From a virus (Duplodnaviria; Caudoviricetes): a DNA stretch of 64,000 bases. The DNA lies in IMG/VR virus record IMGVR_UViG_3300046004_002544, positions 1,040-65,039 of that record; one strand, written 5' to 3'. The notes under the pieces were generated by a model. The model searched no databases and was not told where the DNA came from. It saw only the letters and a program-made list of their open reading frames with translations. The number at the start of each line of letters is the position of its first letter. Positions within the stretch are counted from its first letter, which is position 1. The translations under genes were made by a program, and so were the position numbers. Shown in pieces: positions 44,709-54,398 of the stretch.

Positions 44709-45299
44709 TCATCCGTCCCACCGTCCGACCGGATCGATCCTCGAGGCCGGCACAGCCATCTCAGCGCGCCGCTTGACGAGCGCAAAGGCCGGCGGGCCAC
44801 GGAAGCCCCAGGTGGGCTTTTCGCCGGCCCAGCGGGCTCGCAGGTAGGTGCGGTACGCCTCGTGCACCGAGGGCCAGGTGGAATAGTCGAGGCCCTTGGA
44901 GACGTTGCGGGCGCGGTTGACGAAGCCAGGCGCCAGCCTGCCGGTCTTGGTGTAGTCAGGCAGCCTCCATCGGATGAGCTCCGGGTCGGGAAAGAGACCC
45001 ATCATCAGGCCGGCGGCGCCCACTGTCAGCCCGCGGAGCCGGCCCTCGGTGACCAGTGCGTTCCCGTGCTCGAGCAGCCAGCGGTAGCAGGACAGATCGG
45101 AGACAGCCCATCGCACGAGCTCCTGGCCAGAGGGCGGGCGCTTGTACAGGGCATTGGCATCGGCGTAGCGGTCGCCGAGGGTCTCGCGCACGGCGGCGGA
45201 GAGCAGCTGGGCTGTCTCGACGGCCATCTTCCGGACCCTCGCATCGTCCAGCGCGCGGGCGCAGGTGACTGGGTCAGCGTCGGAGGCAAAGATGTTCAT
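44709..45299 (-). CDS. Pyrimidine-dimer DNA glycosylase family protein (DenV-related)
   Basis: 'MNIF..D.DPV.CARALDD.RV.KM.VETAQLLS' and 'AYRTYL...W'. Confidence 0.72.
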   Translation of the reverse strand: MNIFASDADPVTCARALDDARVRKMAVETAQLLSAAVRETLGDRYADANALYKRPPSGQELVRWAVSDLSCYRWLLEHGNALVTEGRLRGLTVGAAGLMMGLFPDPELIRWRLPDYTKTGRLAPGFVNRARNVSKGLDYSTWPSVHEAYRTYLRARWAGEKPTWGFRGPPAFALVKRRAEMAVPASRIDPVGRWDG

Positions 45300-45622
45300 G
45301 CCTCGTCGTCCCGGCGCATTTCCATCAGCTCACGATGGCCGATGGCTTCGAGGCCGACCAGCCAGGCGCCGACCATGGCGATGTGGAAGCCAGAGCGCCC
45401 ACGCAGGCGCCACAGCCAGCCAGTTTGCTTTGGGCGGTTGAGGTCGTGGTGCTCGGGGTAAATGCCCATCAGCCACAGCCCAATGGCCATCATGCTGTGG
45501 CCGAGAACCTGGGCCGGAGCGTTGAAGAACGTGAGCTTAGGGATTACGACGTAGGTCGGCTCGCCGGCCAGACGGCGCTCCTCCAAGTCTGGGGGCGACG
45601 GGATCAGGTCCATGAGTGGCAT
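45296..45622 (-). CDS. Hypothetical protein
   Basis: MPLMDLIP..., ATGA overlap with the glycosylase gene. Confidence 0.45.
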   Translation of the reverse strand: MPLMDLIPSPPDLEERRLAGEPTYVVIPKLTFFNAPAQVLGHSMMAIGLWLMGIYPEHHDLNRPKQTGWLWRLRGRSGFHIAMVGAWLVGLEAIGHRELMEMRRDDEA

Positions 45623-45702
45623 CGGCAGCAGCCTCGCAGCAGGGGTTGATAATGGGAGAATGCTCCAGACTTTGGGAGTGAGGACCCAGCGTTCGGCCAG
45701 GT

Positions 45703-46140
45703 CCGTCCAACTGTCCAACCTCCGGAGCCTCTTTCGCTCCCCCTATATAGAGCGATCCGTCCAACCTGTCCTACCTATGCAGCCGCTTAGATGCCGAGGT
45801 TGGACGGACTTTTATGCAGCGAAATCAGCGAGTTGGCTGCTCGCCGTCCGACTGTCTTACCTGTCTGACCTGAAATTGATGCATGTATGTGCATGAGCGC
45901 ATGATGCGAGAGCGTGTGCACATGCACGAACAATTTAGCCTTATAGGTTAGACAGTAGGACGGATTGTTGATAAGTGTATGAAATATAAAGAAAATACGG
46001 CGTCCAACCTCCGGAACTCCTAGCCTCCGAGGTTGGACAAAATCGTCGGAGGTTGGACGGACCGACTTCCAGGCTGGACACAAGTGGCTGAAAATGCTGC
46101 ACAAATCGCATTTTCCTGGGGAAATCAGAGGTTGGACGGA
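45703..46140. repeat. Cluster of GTCCAAC(CTC)/GAGGTTGGAC repeats around an AT-rich core; candidate origin or pac region
   Basis: At least 8 copies in both orientations (45703, 45713, 45757, 45796, 46002, 46029, 46049, 46128). AT-rich stretch at ~45930-46000. Sits at a switch in gene direction. Confidence 0.75.
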
Positions 46141-46309
46141 TTTTCGCTTGGGTAATGCGGCTCTCAAGCCCGCGTGGATTACCCGCGATATTCCTCAAAG
46201 CCTGCGCGAGGCTCCAGGCTGCCTTCGTGTGCGTGCGCGCGAAGCCGGTTTGCCAGTGTACATTGCCCGCGAGCCAGGGCATGGTGCTTGGACATACAGG
46301 AGACTGGGA

Positions 46310-46559
46310 TATGCAGAAACACGAGAGAGCCTTTCTTGCCAGCGCGGCTGCTGAGGCTGCCAGGCATGGGGCGACGGTCAAGTACGTCGGCAACGGGAGC
46401 AAAGGCCACCCGATGTTCGAGGTGACGCTGGGCACGCAGAGCGAGAAACTGGTCTGCTCCAGCAGCCCCCGCTCCGGCGAGGAGGAGGCTAGGAACTTCG
46501 CCCGCCAGCAGTGCCGCCGAGCGTGCGCCAGGCTGGCAGCGAAAAATAATCCAAGCTAG
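46310..46559 (+). CDS. Small basic hypothetical protein
   Basis: MQKHERAFL...'KGHP...CSSSPR', loosely HicA-like. Confidence 0.45.
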
Positions 46560-46657
46560 GGGGTTCGCAGGCCCCAAGAAGCAGGCTAGGATACACAGGC
46601 AGGCCCCAGCAGTCCTCCCACACCAACGTGGGAGGAGAGGGGGCCGGAGATACAGAC

Positions 46658-47239
46658 ATGTCCAAGATCGAGACGGCCAAGGGCCTCACCGCCATCGCCC
46701 TCAATCCCTCGAACCCGGCCAAGCAGCGCCTCGACGCGCTCCTCGAGGCCTCCAAGCTGCGCGCCGAGATGAAGGTGGGCTGGCAGCGTCTCACCCCCGA
46801 CGGCGGTCCGGTCGTGAGCGCGGTCCTCGAGGCCGAGCTGCGGCGACTGGTCGCCAAGGACGAGCAGGCCGACAAGGCCCTCGATGAAATCCCCGCCGAC
46901 GTCGAGGCCCTCATCAGCGACGGCAACGACGACGAGCCCGAGGGCAACGAACTGGCGGACGCCGGCGACCCGCCTCCGGGCATCGGGGTTCCCGTCGAGA
47001 CCACCCCCAAGCGCAAGCCCAAGGCGGACGCCAAGCCCAAGGACAGCGAGCGGGGCAAGATCAGCGCCCTCGTGCGTGAACTGCTGCTCGGCACCGACCT
47101 CCCCTACGCCGACATCGTGTCCCGCGTCAAGGCCGAGCACCCCGAGGCCAAGACCACGGCCCGGTCCGTCGCCAGCGTCGCCAGCGACCTCCGCACGGCC
47201 GGCCAGGCCGTGTCCGTCCGCCGGGCGCCCGCCAAATGA
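46658..47239 (+). CDS. Hypothetical protein with a C-terminal 'EHPEAKT' domain
   Basis: 'KISALVRELLLGTDLPYADIVSRVKAEHPEAKTTARSVASVASDLR'. Confidence 0.72.
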   Translation: MSKIETAKGLTAIALNPSNPAKQRLDALLEASKLRAEMKVGWQRLTPDGGPVVSAVLEAELRRLVAKDEQADKALDEIPADVEALISDGNDDEPEGNELADAGDPPPGIGVPVETTPKRKPKADAKPKDSERGKISALVRELLLGTDLPYADIVSRVKAEHPEAKTTARSVASVASDLRTAGQAVSVRRAPAK

Positions 47240-47493
47240 GGCGCCAAGTCCTCATGTTCGTCGTCGCGCTGGCGGTAGCCGGCGCGGGGGCGACCGCCAG
47301 CGTGCTGCTCGAGCGGGAAGCCGACCGTAAGATCGAGGACGCTGCCTTTGAGCGGGGCCGCACGGAAGGTATGTGTTGGACCTTCCGCAAGATGGTGACC
47401 TCGCCAGCCCTCCGGAATACCGAGTGGGCTTCGCATCCTGCCTCGAAGAAGGTCATCGAGGCCTGCGACCACGAGAAGGCGGGTCTCCTGTGA
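47236..47493 (+). CDS. Small exported or membrane protein
   Basis: N-terminal hydrophobic segment, ATGA coupling. Confidence 0.55.
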   Translation: MRRQVLMFVVALAVAGAGATASVLLEREADRKIEDAAFERGRTEGMCWTFRKMVTSPALRNTEWASHPASKKVIEACDHEKAGLL

Positions 47494-47726
47494 GGCCGGC
47501 GGAGCTCACGCCTGAGCAGGCCGAGACCAAGCAGCGCTGGCTGGCCCTCTTGGGGGACCGCTCCATCGGGGCGCCTCCGACGGGCAGCTACCTGCCCTGT
47601 GAGCGCCACCAGGCCTCGCCCAGCGACTGCCAGGTGACCATCCTGGATTTCGTCCTGTGCGCAGCCGGGGCGATCGTGGCTGGCGTCGCCATCTACCTGG
47701 CGACCGTGGTAGTCTTCAGCCTCTAG
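47490..47726 (+). CDS. Small membrane protein
   Basis: GTGA overlap, C-terminal TM. Confidence 0.5.
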   Translation: MRPAELTPEQAETKQRWLALLGDRSIGAPPTGSYLPCERHQASPSDCQVTILDFVLCAAGAIVAGVAIYLATVVVFSL

Positions 47727-47822
47727 GCCGGCACCTCGGCCAGGCTGGTCGCCTCGCACTGAGAGACCTGAAGGCCCACCCGCTGGCGTGCGGGTGGGCC
47801 AGCGCGGCGCTAGGGTCCAAGC

Positions 47823-48467
47823 ATGCCCACGTCAAAGGAATGGCCCGTAACCGAGGAAGACCTCGACCTGCTAGCCGACGAGGCTCTCGGGCCTGAGCCC
47901 GATATTGCCCCTTCAGACGACTTCGTGCGCTCCGGCCCCGAGGAAGAGGGCTACGAGCACACCATCCTGCACGCCAGGCAGCGCGCCAAGCGCCTGGCGG
48001 CCATCCCCTCCGTCCGAGACGCCCTGTCCAAGCGCCGCAAGCGCGCCTTCCTGATGGCCATCGCCACCGAGGGCAACCTGGCCCTTGCCTGTGCTGCGGC
48101 CGGCTGGACTGTCCCCGTCGCCAAGTCCGCCAGGAAGGGCGACCCGGAGTTCGCGGCCCAGTGGGACGCCGCCCTGGAGAACAGCAAGAGCCTCCTGGAG
48201 GCAGAGGCCAGGCGCCGCGGCGTCCACGGCGTCAAGGAGCCCGTCTTCCACAAGGGCATGGTCGTCGGGCACATCACCAAATACTCCGATGGCCTCCTGA
48301 CAACCCTGCTCCGGGCCGAGCTGCCCGAGAAGTACGGGAACAAGGTCGACATGACCGTGCAGAGCAAGGGCGGCGTCCTGGTCGTCCCTGCGGCACCCTC
48401 CAAGGACGAGTGGGAAGCCCGGGCAGGAGCCGGGCAGGCCAAGTTCAGGGAAGCCACGGAGGGCTAG
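47823..48467 (+). CDS. terS: Terminase small subunit
   Basis: 'KRAFL...GNL..AC...DPEFAAQWDAA...LEAEARRRGVHG...KYSDGLLTTLLRAELPEKY'. Confidence 0.78.
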   Translation: MPTSKEWPVTEEDLDLLADEALGPEPDIAPSDDFVRSGPEEEGYEHTILHARQRAKRLAAIPSVRDALSKRRKRAFLMAIATEGNLALACAAAGWTVPVAKSARKGDPEFAAQWDAALENSKSLLEAEARRRGVHGVKEPVFHKGMVVGHITKYSDGLLTTLLRAELPEKYGNKVDMTVQSKGGVLVVPAAPSKDEWEARAGAGQAKFREATEG

Positions 48468-48471
48468 ACGG

Positions 48472-49008
48472 ATGAGGATCAGCATCGATCGCACGGACAG
48501 GGCTTACGACCTGGCCAAGGCCAAGAAAGTCGCCCAGGTCACCCTGGACGGCAAGAAGGTCGCCGCCGTGACCGCCGACGACGAGGAAGGCCTGGTCCGG
48601 TACTACCTCCAGGACCCCCAGACCGGCAGCCTGATCCAGGGCGGAGACGGCCAGCCCCAGGTCATCGAGGCCCGGGGCAAGGTCGTCATCGAGATGCGCA
48701 AGGACGACCGAGCCTGGTCCAAGGACAACGTCCGGGAGACCAAGGTGGAGGTCGGGCGCCAGCAGGATGGCTCGGTCCACGTCCTGGTCCACTCCTGGGC
48801 GCGGCCTGGGGCCATCAAGCGGGTGAAGATCGAGGGCGACATGCCCACCGGTCACGCCCTGGTGCAGAAGGTCGGGATCGCCGCAGGCCATGGGGCTGAG
48901 CTGCTGTGCGAGCAGTTTGGCGACCGGCTGGACCCAGGCGAGTGCGCCAGGGCCGCCATGGAACAGGCCTCCATGATGATCGCCGACGAGCGCGCCACCC
49001 GTCACTGA
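48472..49008 (+). CDS. Hypothetical protein
   Basis: 178 aa, high GC3, follows terS. Confidence 0.65.
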   Translation: MRISIDRTDRAYDLAKAKKVAQVTLDGKKVAAVTADDEEGLVRYYLQDPQTGSLIQGGDGQPQVIEARGKVVIEMRKDDRAWSKDNVRETKVEVGRQQDGSVHVLVHSWARPGAIKRVKIEGDMPTGHALVQKVGIAAGHGAELLCEQFGDRLDPGECARAAMEQASMMIADERATRH

Positions 49009-49046
49009 CGGCCCGCGGGCCTCCCGCCGTACGGCATCCGTCGGCG

Positions 49047-49412
49047 ATGGCAAGGACTCCCCGCTACGACATCCAACTGGACGCAGGAGCTGTCTGGGAC
49101 GCCGACTTCAGGCCCAAGCGGGCCGGAGTCGCATGGTCCTGGGTCGGCTACAGCGCGTCCCTGATCGTTCTCGGCGAGGACGGTAGCACGCTGCTCGAGC
49201 TCACCGCCGAGAACGGCGTGACGCCGACCACGGCTGCCCTGTACGTGCCCGACGATCGTGTCTGCGTCCGGCTGACCGAGGTGCAGACCCTGGCCCTCCA
49301 CGCGGTCACCGGGCCCAAGACCTGGCAGCTCGACTACACCGACACAACCGGCAGGGAGAGGCGCCTCGTGGCAGGCGCCCTGACGTCCCGCCGCGGCAAG
49401 CAGGGGCTGTAG
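49047..49412 (+). CDS. Putative virion fibre-attachment protein
   Basis: Beta-rich. 'YDIQLDAGA...LLELT.ENG...RLT..QT...RLVAG' resembles fibre adaptor domains. Confidence 0.5.
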   Translation: MARTPRYDIQLDAGAVWDADFRPKRAGVAWSWVGYSASLIVLGEDGSTLLELTAENGVTPTTAALYVPDDRVCVRLTEVQTLALHAVTGPKTWQLDYTDTTGRERRLVAGALTSRRGKQGL

Positions 49413-49413
49413 C

Positions 49414-49860
49414 ATGGCAGACGACGTTCTCGAGATCATCCGCGACGGCACCGCCGAGGCAACCCTGGAGGTGCTCATCCCCGGGCCTGCCGCTGGCCAG
49501 GCCGGCCGATCGGTTCGGGTCCCCATCTTCTTCCCCGGCGCCTACCTCGTCAACGAGTGCCTGTACGTCCTGGAAGTCCCGGACGACTGCACCCTGTCCG
49601 AGCTGCTGAGCGAATGCGGGAGCCTGGTGGCCCCCACGACGGACTTCGTGGTGGCGATCCGCAAGTCCACGGACAACACCACGGACCCTCTCCTGGGCAC
49701 CACCTGGGGCACTTTCACGGTCCTAGCGGGCGAACGCGCTGGCTCCGCTGATTGGCCCGATGGCGCACTGGTGGCCGGTAACGTGCTCGCCTTCATCGCC
49801 CCAGGGACCCTGGACGCGACCCAGGCGGGCTTCTTCGCAACCCTGAGGGGCACCACCTAG
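49414..49860 (+). CDS. Putative virion structural protein
   Basis: Beta-rich 148 aa in the fibre-like cluster. Confidence 0.5.
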   Translation: MADDVLEIIRDGTAEATLEVLIPGPAAGQAGRSVRVPIFFPGAYLVNECLYVLEVPDDCTLSELLSECGSLVAPTTDFVVAIRKSTDNTTDPLLGTTWGTFTVLAGERAGSADWPDGALVAGNVLAFIAPGTLDATQAGFFATLRGTT

Positions 49861-50265
49861 ATGGCCATCCAGCTCTCCGTCTCCGCGCGGAACAACCGCC
49901 AGGACAGCATTGAGACGACCGTCGGTACGGCGCCCAAGCTGCAACTGCGCACCGGCGCCCCGCCGGCCAACTGTGCGGCGGCCGATAGCGGGACGCTGAT
50001 CTGCGAGATCACCCTGCCCTCCGACTGGGCCGCCGCCGCATCGGCTGGCGCCAAGGCCAAGTCGGGCACCTGGCAGGGCACCGCGGTCGCGGCCGGCGTC
50101 GTCGCCCACTTCCGTCTCAAGGACAGCGCCGGCACGACCTGCCACATGCAGGGCACCGTGACGGACACCGGCGGCGGTGGTGACGCGACGATCGACAACG
50201 ACGACGTCAATACCGGCCAGGTCATCACGGTGACCAGCTGGACCACCACCGATGCGAACGCCTAG
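49861..50265 (+). CDS. Putative fibre/filament subunit
   Basis: 134 aa, Thr/Gly/Ala-rich with strong codon bias. 'GTLICEITL...FRLKD...GTV...GGGD...GQVITVTSW'. Confidence 0.6.
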   Translation: MAIQLSVSARNNRQDSIETTVGTAPKLQLRTGAPPANCAAADSGTLICEITLPSDWAAAASAGAKAKSGTWQGTAVAAGVVAHFRLKDSAGTTCHMQGTVTDTGGGGDATIDNDDVNTGQVITVTSWTTTDANA

Positions 50266-50273
50266 GAGGGCAC

Positions 50274-50456
50274 ATGAACGTCTCCCGTAAGATGGAGCTG
50301 CTCTCGGCGTCGCTCGAGAGCATCATCACCCACTCCGACGAGGACGGCGCGGTCCGCAAGGCCGCCCTGGACAACGTCATCGCCTCGTGCGAAGCGGGCA
50401 AGACCCGCGTCGACGCCGAGGTCACCGCCAAGATCGCGGCCCTCACCGAGGGCTAG
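50274..50456 (+). CDS. Small helical protein
   Basis: 60 aa with RBS AGGAGG. Confidence 0.6.
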   Translation: MNVSRKMELLSASLESIITHSDEDGAVRKAALDNVIASCEAGKTRVDAEVTAKIAALTEG

Positions 50457-50473
50457 CCCTCCAGGGAGGCCTC

Positions 50474-52390
50474 ATGGCCGGCCGCAGCATTGTAGGCAAC
50501 CACATCGCCGGCGGCGGCAGCGGGGTCACCGCGGTGGAAAGCTACGCCACTCTCGGCTTGGCGACGCTTGGAGCAAGCGTCGCTGAGACGGAGGCGCGAA
50601 TTGGCGTCGCCGGCTGGTTCGAGCGCTTTGGTGCGCTTTACAGCTCAAACTCCAGCGCCACCCGCCAGATTGGCCTATACGTCAACGGCGTAAGGGCAGC
50701 TGAGTGGACCGGGATCACGGGCTCAGGCGCTGGGGCCTTTGTCGACAGCGCCCAGTCAGTTGCCCCCGTGGCGGTCGTCGCTGATGACTACGTGTCTCTC
50801 AGCCGGCGCAACTTGCTGGGTAACGCTACCTGGCGAGCTCAGTGGGCGGTGTTCCGAGCCGCCACCTCCTGCACGATCGCTGTGGCAGGTATCAGTAGCG
50901 GGCTGCCGTTCTCTTCGTCCAGTACAAGCCGCTCGTTCGGCGTCATAGGCCACCAAGCGGTCTACACCGACAACAACACCCTCTCTGAGACGGAGTTCCC
51001 AGACGGGGGCACCGCCCGGGCGCCCTTTATCCATGTGGCGACCAATGCCAATTCCGACACCACGGTCATTGAGCTGTACGCCGACGGCGTCGCCACTGGC
51101 TTCAAACTCGACGTGCCAGCCGGGTACACGGGCATGTTTGCCCCATCCGTCTCTCCCTACACCGTAGCCGACGGAGCCAAGCTTCGCTGGCGCGTGACGA
51201 AGGGGGCCGGCGGGTCCACCTTCTCTTGGACCTTCATTGGCTTCACGCTGGAGCATGCGTCCAACAAGTCCCTGCTGGCCGTTCGCTTTGGCGCCGGCGC
51301 CAACCGGACCGGCACGGCGACTGTGCACTACGTGCCCCTCATCAACCGGGGCCTGTTCACCACCACCGTCGAAGCCGACGTGGTTATGAAGCTGGGCTTT
51401 GCAGGGCGTCTGTCCCTGCTCAAGGTGCTGACCGCAGCCCCAGCCTATGACTGCGTTATCACCCTGCGAAAGAACGGGGTGGACACAGCCCTGACGGTGA
51501 CCCGAGCCAACGGCGCTGCCCAAGGCTGGACCGAAGACGCCTCAAACACCGTGGACTTCGGCCCTGAGGACGAGCTGAGCCTCTCGGTGGTGGGCGGCAC
51601 CTCGGGCAACTGCCAGTTCCACTGCATCCAGATGACCCTGGAGGACCTGTCGAACGACGCCGCGGCGACGATCACCCTGGGCGACATGACCGGGGCGGGA
51701 ACGATCACGGCGGATCAAGGAGTCGTCCTGGCGCAGACCCTGGGGAGCATGCTCCTGACGAGCACGGCGACGAACGCCATCTCGGCCGCCCTGGCGCAGA
51801 CCCTGGGCAGCATCTCTCTGGGCTCGGCCATCATCGCGGCCCCCCTGACCGCCACCCTGGCAAAGACCCTGGGCGCTGTGACCCTATCCGCTCAGGCGAC
51901 CCTGGGCCAGAACGTGGCCTTGGCCAAGACCCTCGGAGCTGCGACCCTGGCTTCGGCCATGGGTGCGCCCCTGAACGTTGTCCTGGCGCAGACCCTGGGC
52001 AGCATCGCCCTGGCTGGCGTCGCCACCGCGGGCGATCGGGTCACCTTGGCAAAGACCCTGGGCGCTGCAACCCTGGCCGCCCAGGCAACTGTGGACCAAG
52101 GTCTCACCCTGGTGCGTACCCTGGGCGCTGTGACCCTGGCGGCGCAAGCCTCGACGCCCGTGGGCGCCGTGCTGTCAGCGGTCCTGGCGCCGATGGTGCT
52201 CTCGGGAGCGGTCAGCTCGCCTTTGGCGGCCAGCCTGGCCAAAACCCTGGGCGCCATGACCCTCCTGGGCTCCGCACAGGCCCCTCTGTCGGCCACCCTG
52301 GTCAAGACCCTAGGCGGACTGCTCCTGGGCGCCACGGTGCGTCTGGAGCGGACGTACCGGCGTCGCTACCTCTCCTGGCTGGTCTACTAG
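50474..52390 (+). CDS. Putative receptor-binding fibre protein with C-terminal 21-aa repeats
   Basis: N-terminal beta domains with weaker codon bias, then ~10 repeats of L(A/V)(Q/K/R)TLG at a 21-22 aa period. Confidence 0.65.
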   Translation: MAGRSIVGNHIAGGGSGVTAVESYATLGLATLGASVAETEARIGVAGWFERFGALYSSNSSATRQIGLYVNGVRAAEWTGITGSGAGAFVDSAQSVAPVAVVADDYVSLSRRNLLGNATWRAQWAVFRAATSCTIAVAGISSGLPFSSSSTSRSFGVIGHQAVYTDNNTLSETEFPDGGTARAPFIHVATNANSDTTVIELYADGVATGFKLDVPAGYTGMFAPSVSPYTVADGAKLRWRVTKGAGGSTFSWTFIGFTLEHASNKSLLAVRFGAGANRTGTATVHYVPLINRGLFTTTVEADVVMKLGFAGRLSLLKVLTAAPAYDCVITLRKNGVDTALTVTRANGAAQGWTEDASNTVDFGPEDELSLSVVGGTSGNCQFHCIQMTLEDLSNDAAATITLGDMTGAGTITADQGVVLAQTLGSMLLTSTATNAISAALAQTLGSISLGSAIIAAPLTATLAKTLGAVTLSAQATLGQNVALAKTLGAATLASAMGAPLNVVLAQTLGSIALAGVATAGDRVTLAKTLGAATLAAQATVDQGLTLVRTLGAVTLAAQASTPVGAVLSAVLAPMVLSGAVSSPLAASLAKTLGAMTLLGSAQAPLSATLVKTLGGLLLGATVRLERTYRRRYLSWLVY

Positions 52391-52397
52391 TGCCAGG

Positions 52398-53882
52398 ATG
52401 TCGCTGCAGGACCTAGAGACCAAACCCAAGATCGTGCTCGGCCCTGATGGCCAGGAGCTGGAACAGGTCTGGAAGCCCCAGGAGGGCTCCCAGGAGCTGT
52501 TCCTGACCTGCCCAGTGTTCGAGTGCCTGTACGAAGGCACCCGCGGCCCAGGCAAGACCGATGCCCTGCTCATGGACTTCGCCCAGGGCGTCGGCAGGGG
52601 CTACGGGCCGGAGTGGCGCGGCGTCCTGTTCCGCAAGACCTACCCCGAGCTCGCCGACGTGGTCGCAAAGACCCAGAAGTGGTTCCGCCGCATCTTCCCA
52701 GGCGCCGAGTTCAACAAGTCCGACTACACCTGGACCTTCCCCGACGGTGAGCAGCTCCTCCTGCGACACGCCAAGACGGTCGACGACTACTGGAAGTACC
52801 ACGGCCACGCCTATCCCTGGATCGGCTGGGAGGAGCTCACCAACTGGGCGGACGACGCCCTGTACCGCAAGATGATGTCCTGCTGCCGCTCGACCAATCC
52901 GAGCATCCCCAGGAAGTACCGAGCGACCTGCAACCCCTACGGCGTTGGCCACAACTGGGTCAAGCGGCGCTTCCGCCTGCCCCACAGCCGCGGCGTCATC
53001 ATCAAGGACTCGGTCGACCAGGACGGCAACCCCGAGCCCTGGCGCGTCCCGATCCATGGCTCGCTCCACGAGAACCGCATCCTCCTGGACGCCGACCCCG
53101 AGTACATCATGCGCCTGCGGGCTTCGGCTCGCAACAGGGCTGAGCTGCGTGCCTGGCTTGAGGGAGCGTGGGACATCGTCGCCGGCGGCATGCTGGACGA
53201 CGTCTGGGAGCCGAAGGTGCACGTCGTGGCGCCCTTCCGGGTGCCCCGCACCTGGCGCGTCGACCGGTCCTTTGACTGGGGCTCGAGCCACCCCTTCAGC
53301 GTGGGCTGGTGGGCGGAGAGCGACGGGACGGACGTCATCTACCCCGACGGGACGGTCAGGAAGACCGTGCGCGGCGACCTGTACCGCATCCATGAGTGGT
53401 ATGGCTGCTCGCCGAGGGAGCCGAACGTCGGCCTCAACATGCTGGCCGCCGACGTGGCCACAGGCATCGTGGCGCGCGAAGCAGCCATGCTCGAGAGCGG
53501 CCTCATCTCCACGCGGGTCAACCCCGGGCCAGCCGACAGCGCGATCAGGTCGAGCGACAACGGCCCCTCGGTCGAGCGGGACATGCAGTCCAAGGGCGTC
53601 GTGTGGACGATGGCCGACAAGGGCCCGGGCTCACGTGTGCAAGGTTGGGAACAGCTGCGCAAGCTGCTCAAGGGGGCGATCCCTGAGGAGGGCAAGCCCC
53701 GCGAGCACCGCGGGATGTTCTTCTTTCGGACCTGCGAGAACTCGATCCAGCTGCTACCCGTCCTGCCTCGGGACGACAAGAACCTAGACGACGTCGACAC
53801 CGATGCGGAAGACCACATCGGTGACGAGGTGCGCTACAAGGCCCGCGGCGAGCGCAAGGCGGTCAAGCAGACCGACTTCTAG
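52398..53882 (+). CDS. terL: Terminase large subunit
   Basis: 'WKPQEGSQ', Walker A 'GTRGPGKT', Walker B 'IGWEE', 'ATCNPYG', nuclease 'FDWG' and 'EDHIGDEVRY'. Confidence 0.93.
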   Translation: MSLQDLETKPKIVLGPDGQELEQVWKPQEGSQELFLTCPVFECLYEGTRGPGKTDALLMDFAQGVGRGYGPEWRGVLFRKTYPELADVVAKTQKWFRRIFPGAEFNKSDYTWTFPDGEQLLLRHAKTVDDYWKYHGHAYPWIGWEELTNWADDALYRKMMSCCRSTNPSIPRKYRATCNPYGVGHNWVKRRFRLPHSRGVIIKDSVDQDGNPEPWRVPIHGSLHENRILLDADPEYIMRLRASARNRAELRAWLEGAWDIVAGGMLDDVWEPKVHVVAPFRVPRTWRVDRSFDWGSSHPFSVGWWAESDGTDVIYPDGTVRKTVRGDLYRIHEWYGCSPREPNVGLNMLAADVATGIVAREAAMLESGLISTRVNPGPADSAIRSSDNGPSVERDMQSKGVVWTMADKGPGSRVQGWEQLRKLLKGAIPEEGKPREHRGMFFFRTCENSIQLLPVLPRDDKNLDDVDTDAEDHIGDEVRYKARGERKAVKQTDF

Positions 53883-54082
53883 AGCAGGTAGGTCTCCGCC
53901 CACGAGGCGACGGGCGCCGGCCACGGTTCGTCCGTGCGCAGCGGGTCGCAGGGCATGCGCGTGTTGAGGACAAGGTCCGCAGCCATCCCATAGATGTCAA
54001 CGGCGGCGGGGCGTGAGATCACGCTCGTGGGGTCGTCGTAGTAGCCCTCGACGAGGGCGAGGACTTCTTTGCGTTCAGCCAT
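53879..54082 (-). CDS. Small hypothetical protein (antisense cassette)
   Basis: MAERKEVL... after AAGGA. Confidence 0.5.
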   Translation of the reverse strand: MAERKEVLALVEGYYDDPTSVISRPAAVDIYGMAADLVLNTRMPCDPLRTDEPWPAPVASWAETYLL

Positions 54083-54083
54083 T

Positions 54084-54389
54084 TCAGCTTTCCTTGATCT
54101 TGAGCAGGACCCGTTGAGCGGTCTGCGGAGTGGCGGGGAGGTAGACGAGGTCCATGTAGGGCGCGACGTAGACCTGTGCGCCCTCAGCAATGTTCTTGAG
54201 GGGCATGCGGACGTCACGGCCAGAGGCCTTGATGTGGCCAATCATGGCGTTGAGCGCCCGTTGGACGTGGGGCCCATCAGCGTGCGAGCGGTCCATCATG
54301 CGGACCTTGCCGCCGGGAACGCAGACCTGCTCGCTAGGAAACAGTCTGATCCCCTTGGGGGTGTAGCGGGCGTAGATGAAGATGGCCAT
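54084..54389 (-). CDS. Small hypothetical protein (antisense cassette)
   Basis: 101 aa, middle gene of the P6 unit. Confidence 0.55.
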   Translation of the reverse strand: MAIFIYARYTPKGIRLFPSEQVCVPGGKVRMMDRSHADGPHVQRALNAMIGHIKASGRDVRMPLKNIAEGAQVYVAPYMDLVYLPATPQTAQRVLLKIKES

Positions 54390-54398
54390 GAGGGCCCC

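Noticed and set aside
45787-46435. ORFs across the repeat-rich region (45787-46167, 45941-46435, 45612-45896)
   Set aside because: Atypical codon use, and the translations simply mirror the DNA repeats. More likely non-coding.
49414-50265. TAG readthrough or stop-codon reassignment (TAG directly followed by in-frame ATG at 49858-49863; many genes end in TAG)
   Set aside because: Conserved genes such as terL and the capsid gene end at TAG at their expected lengths, none is interrupted by TAG, and no suppressor tRNA was seen. Simple translational coupling explains it.
50474-52390. Diversity-generating retroelement target in the fibre gene
   Set aside because: No reverse transcriptase and no template/variable repeat pair with adenine-specific mismatches were seen.
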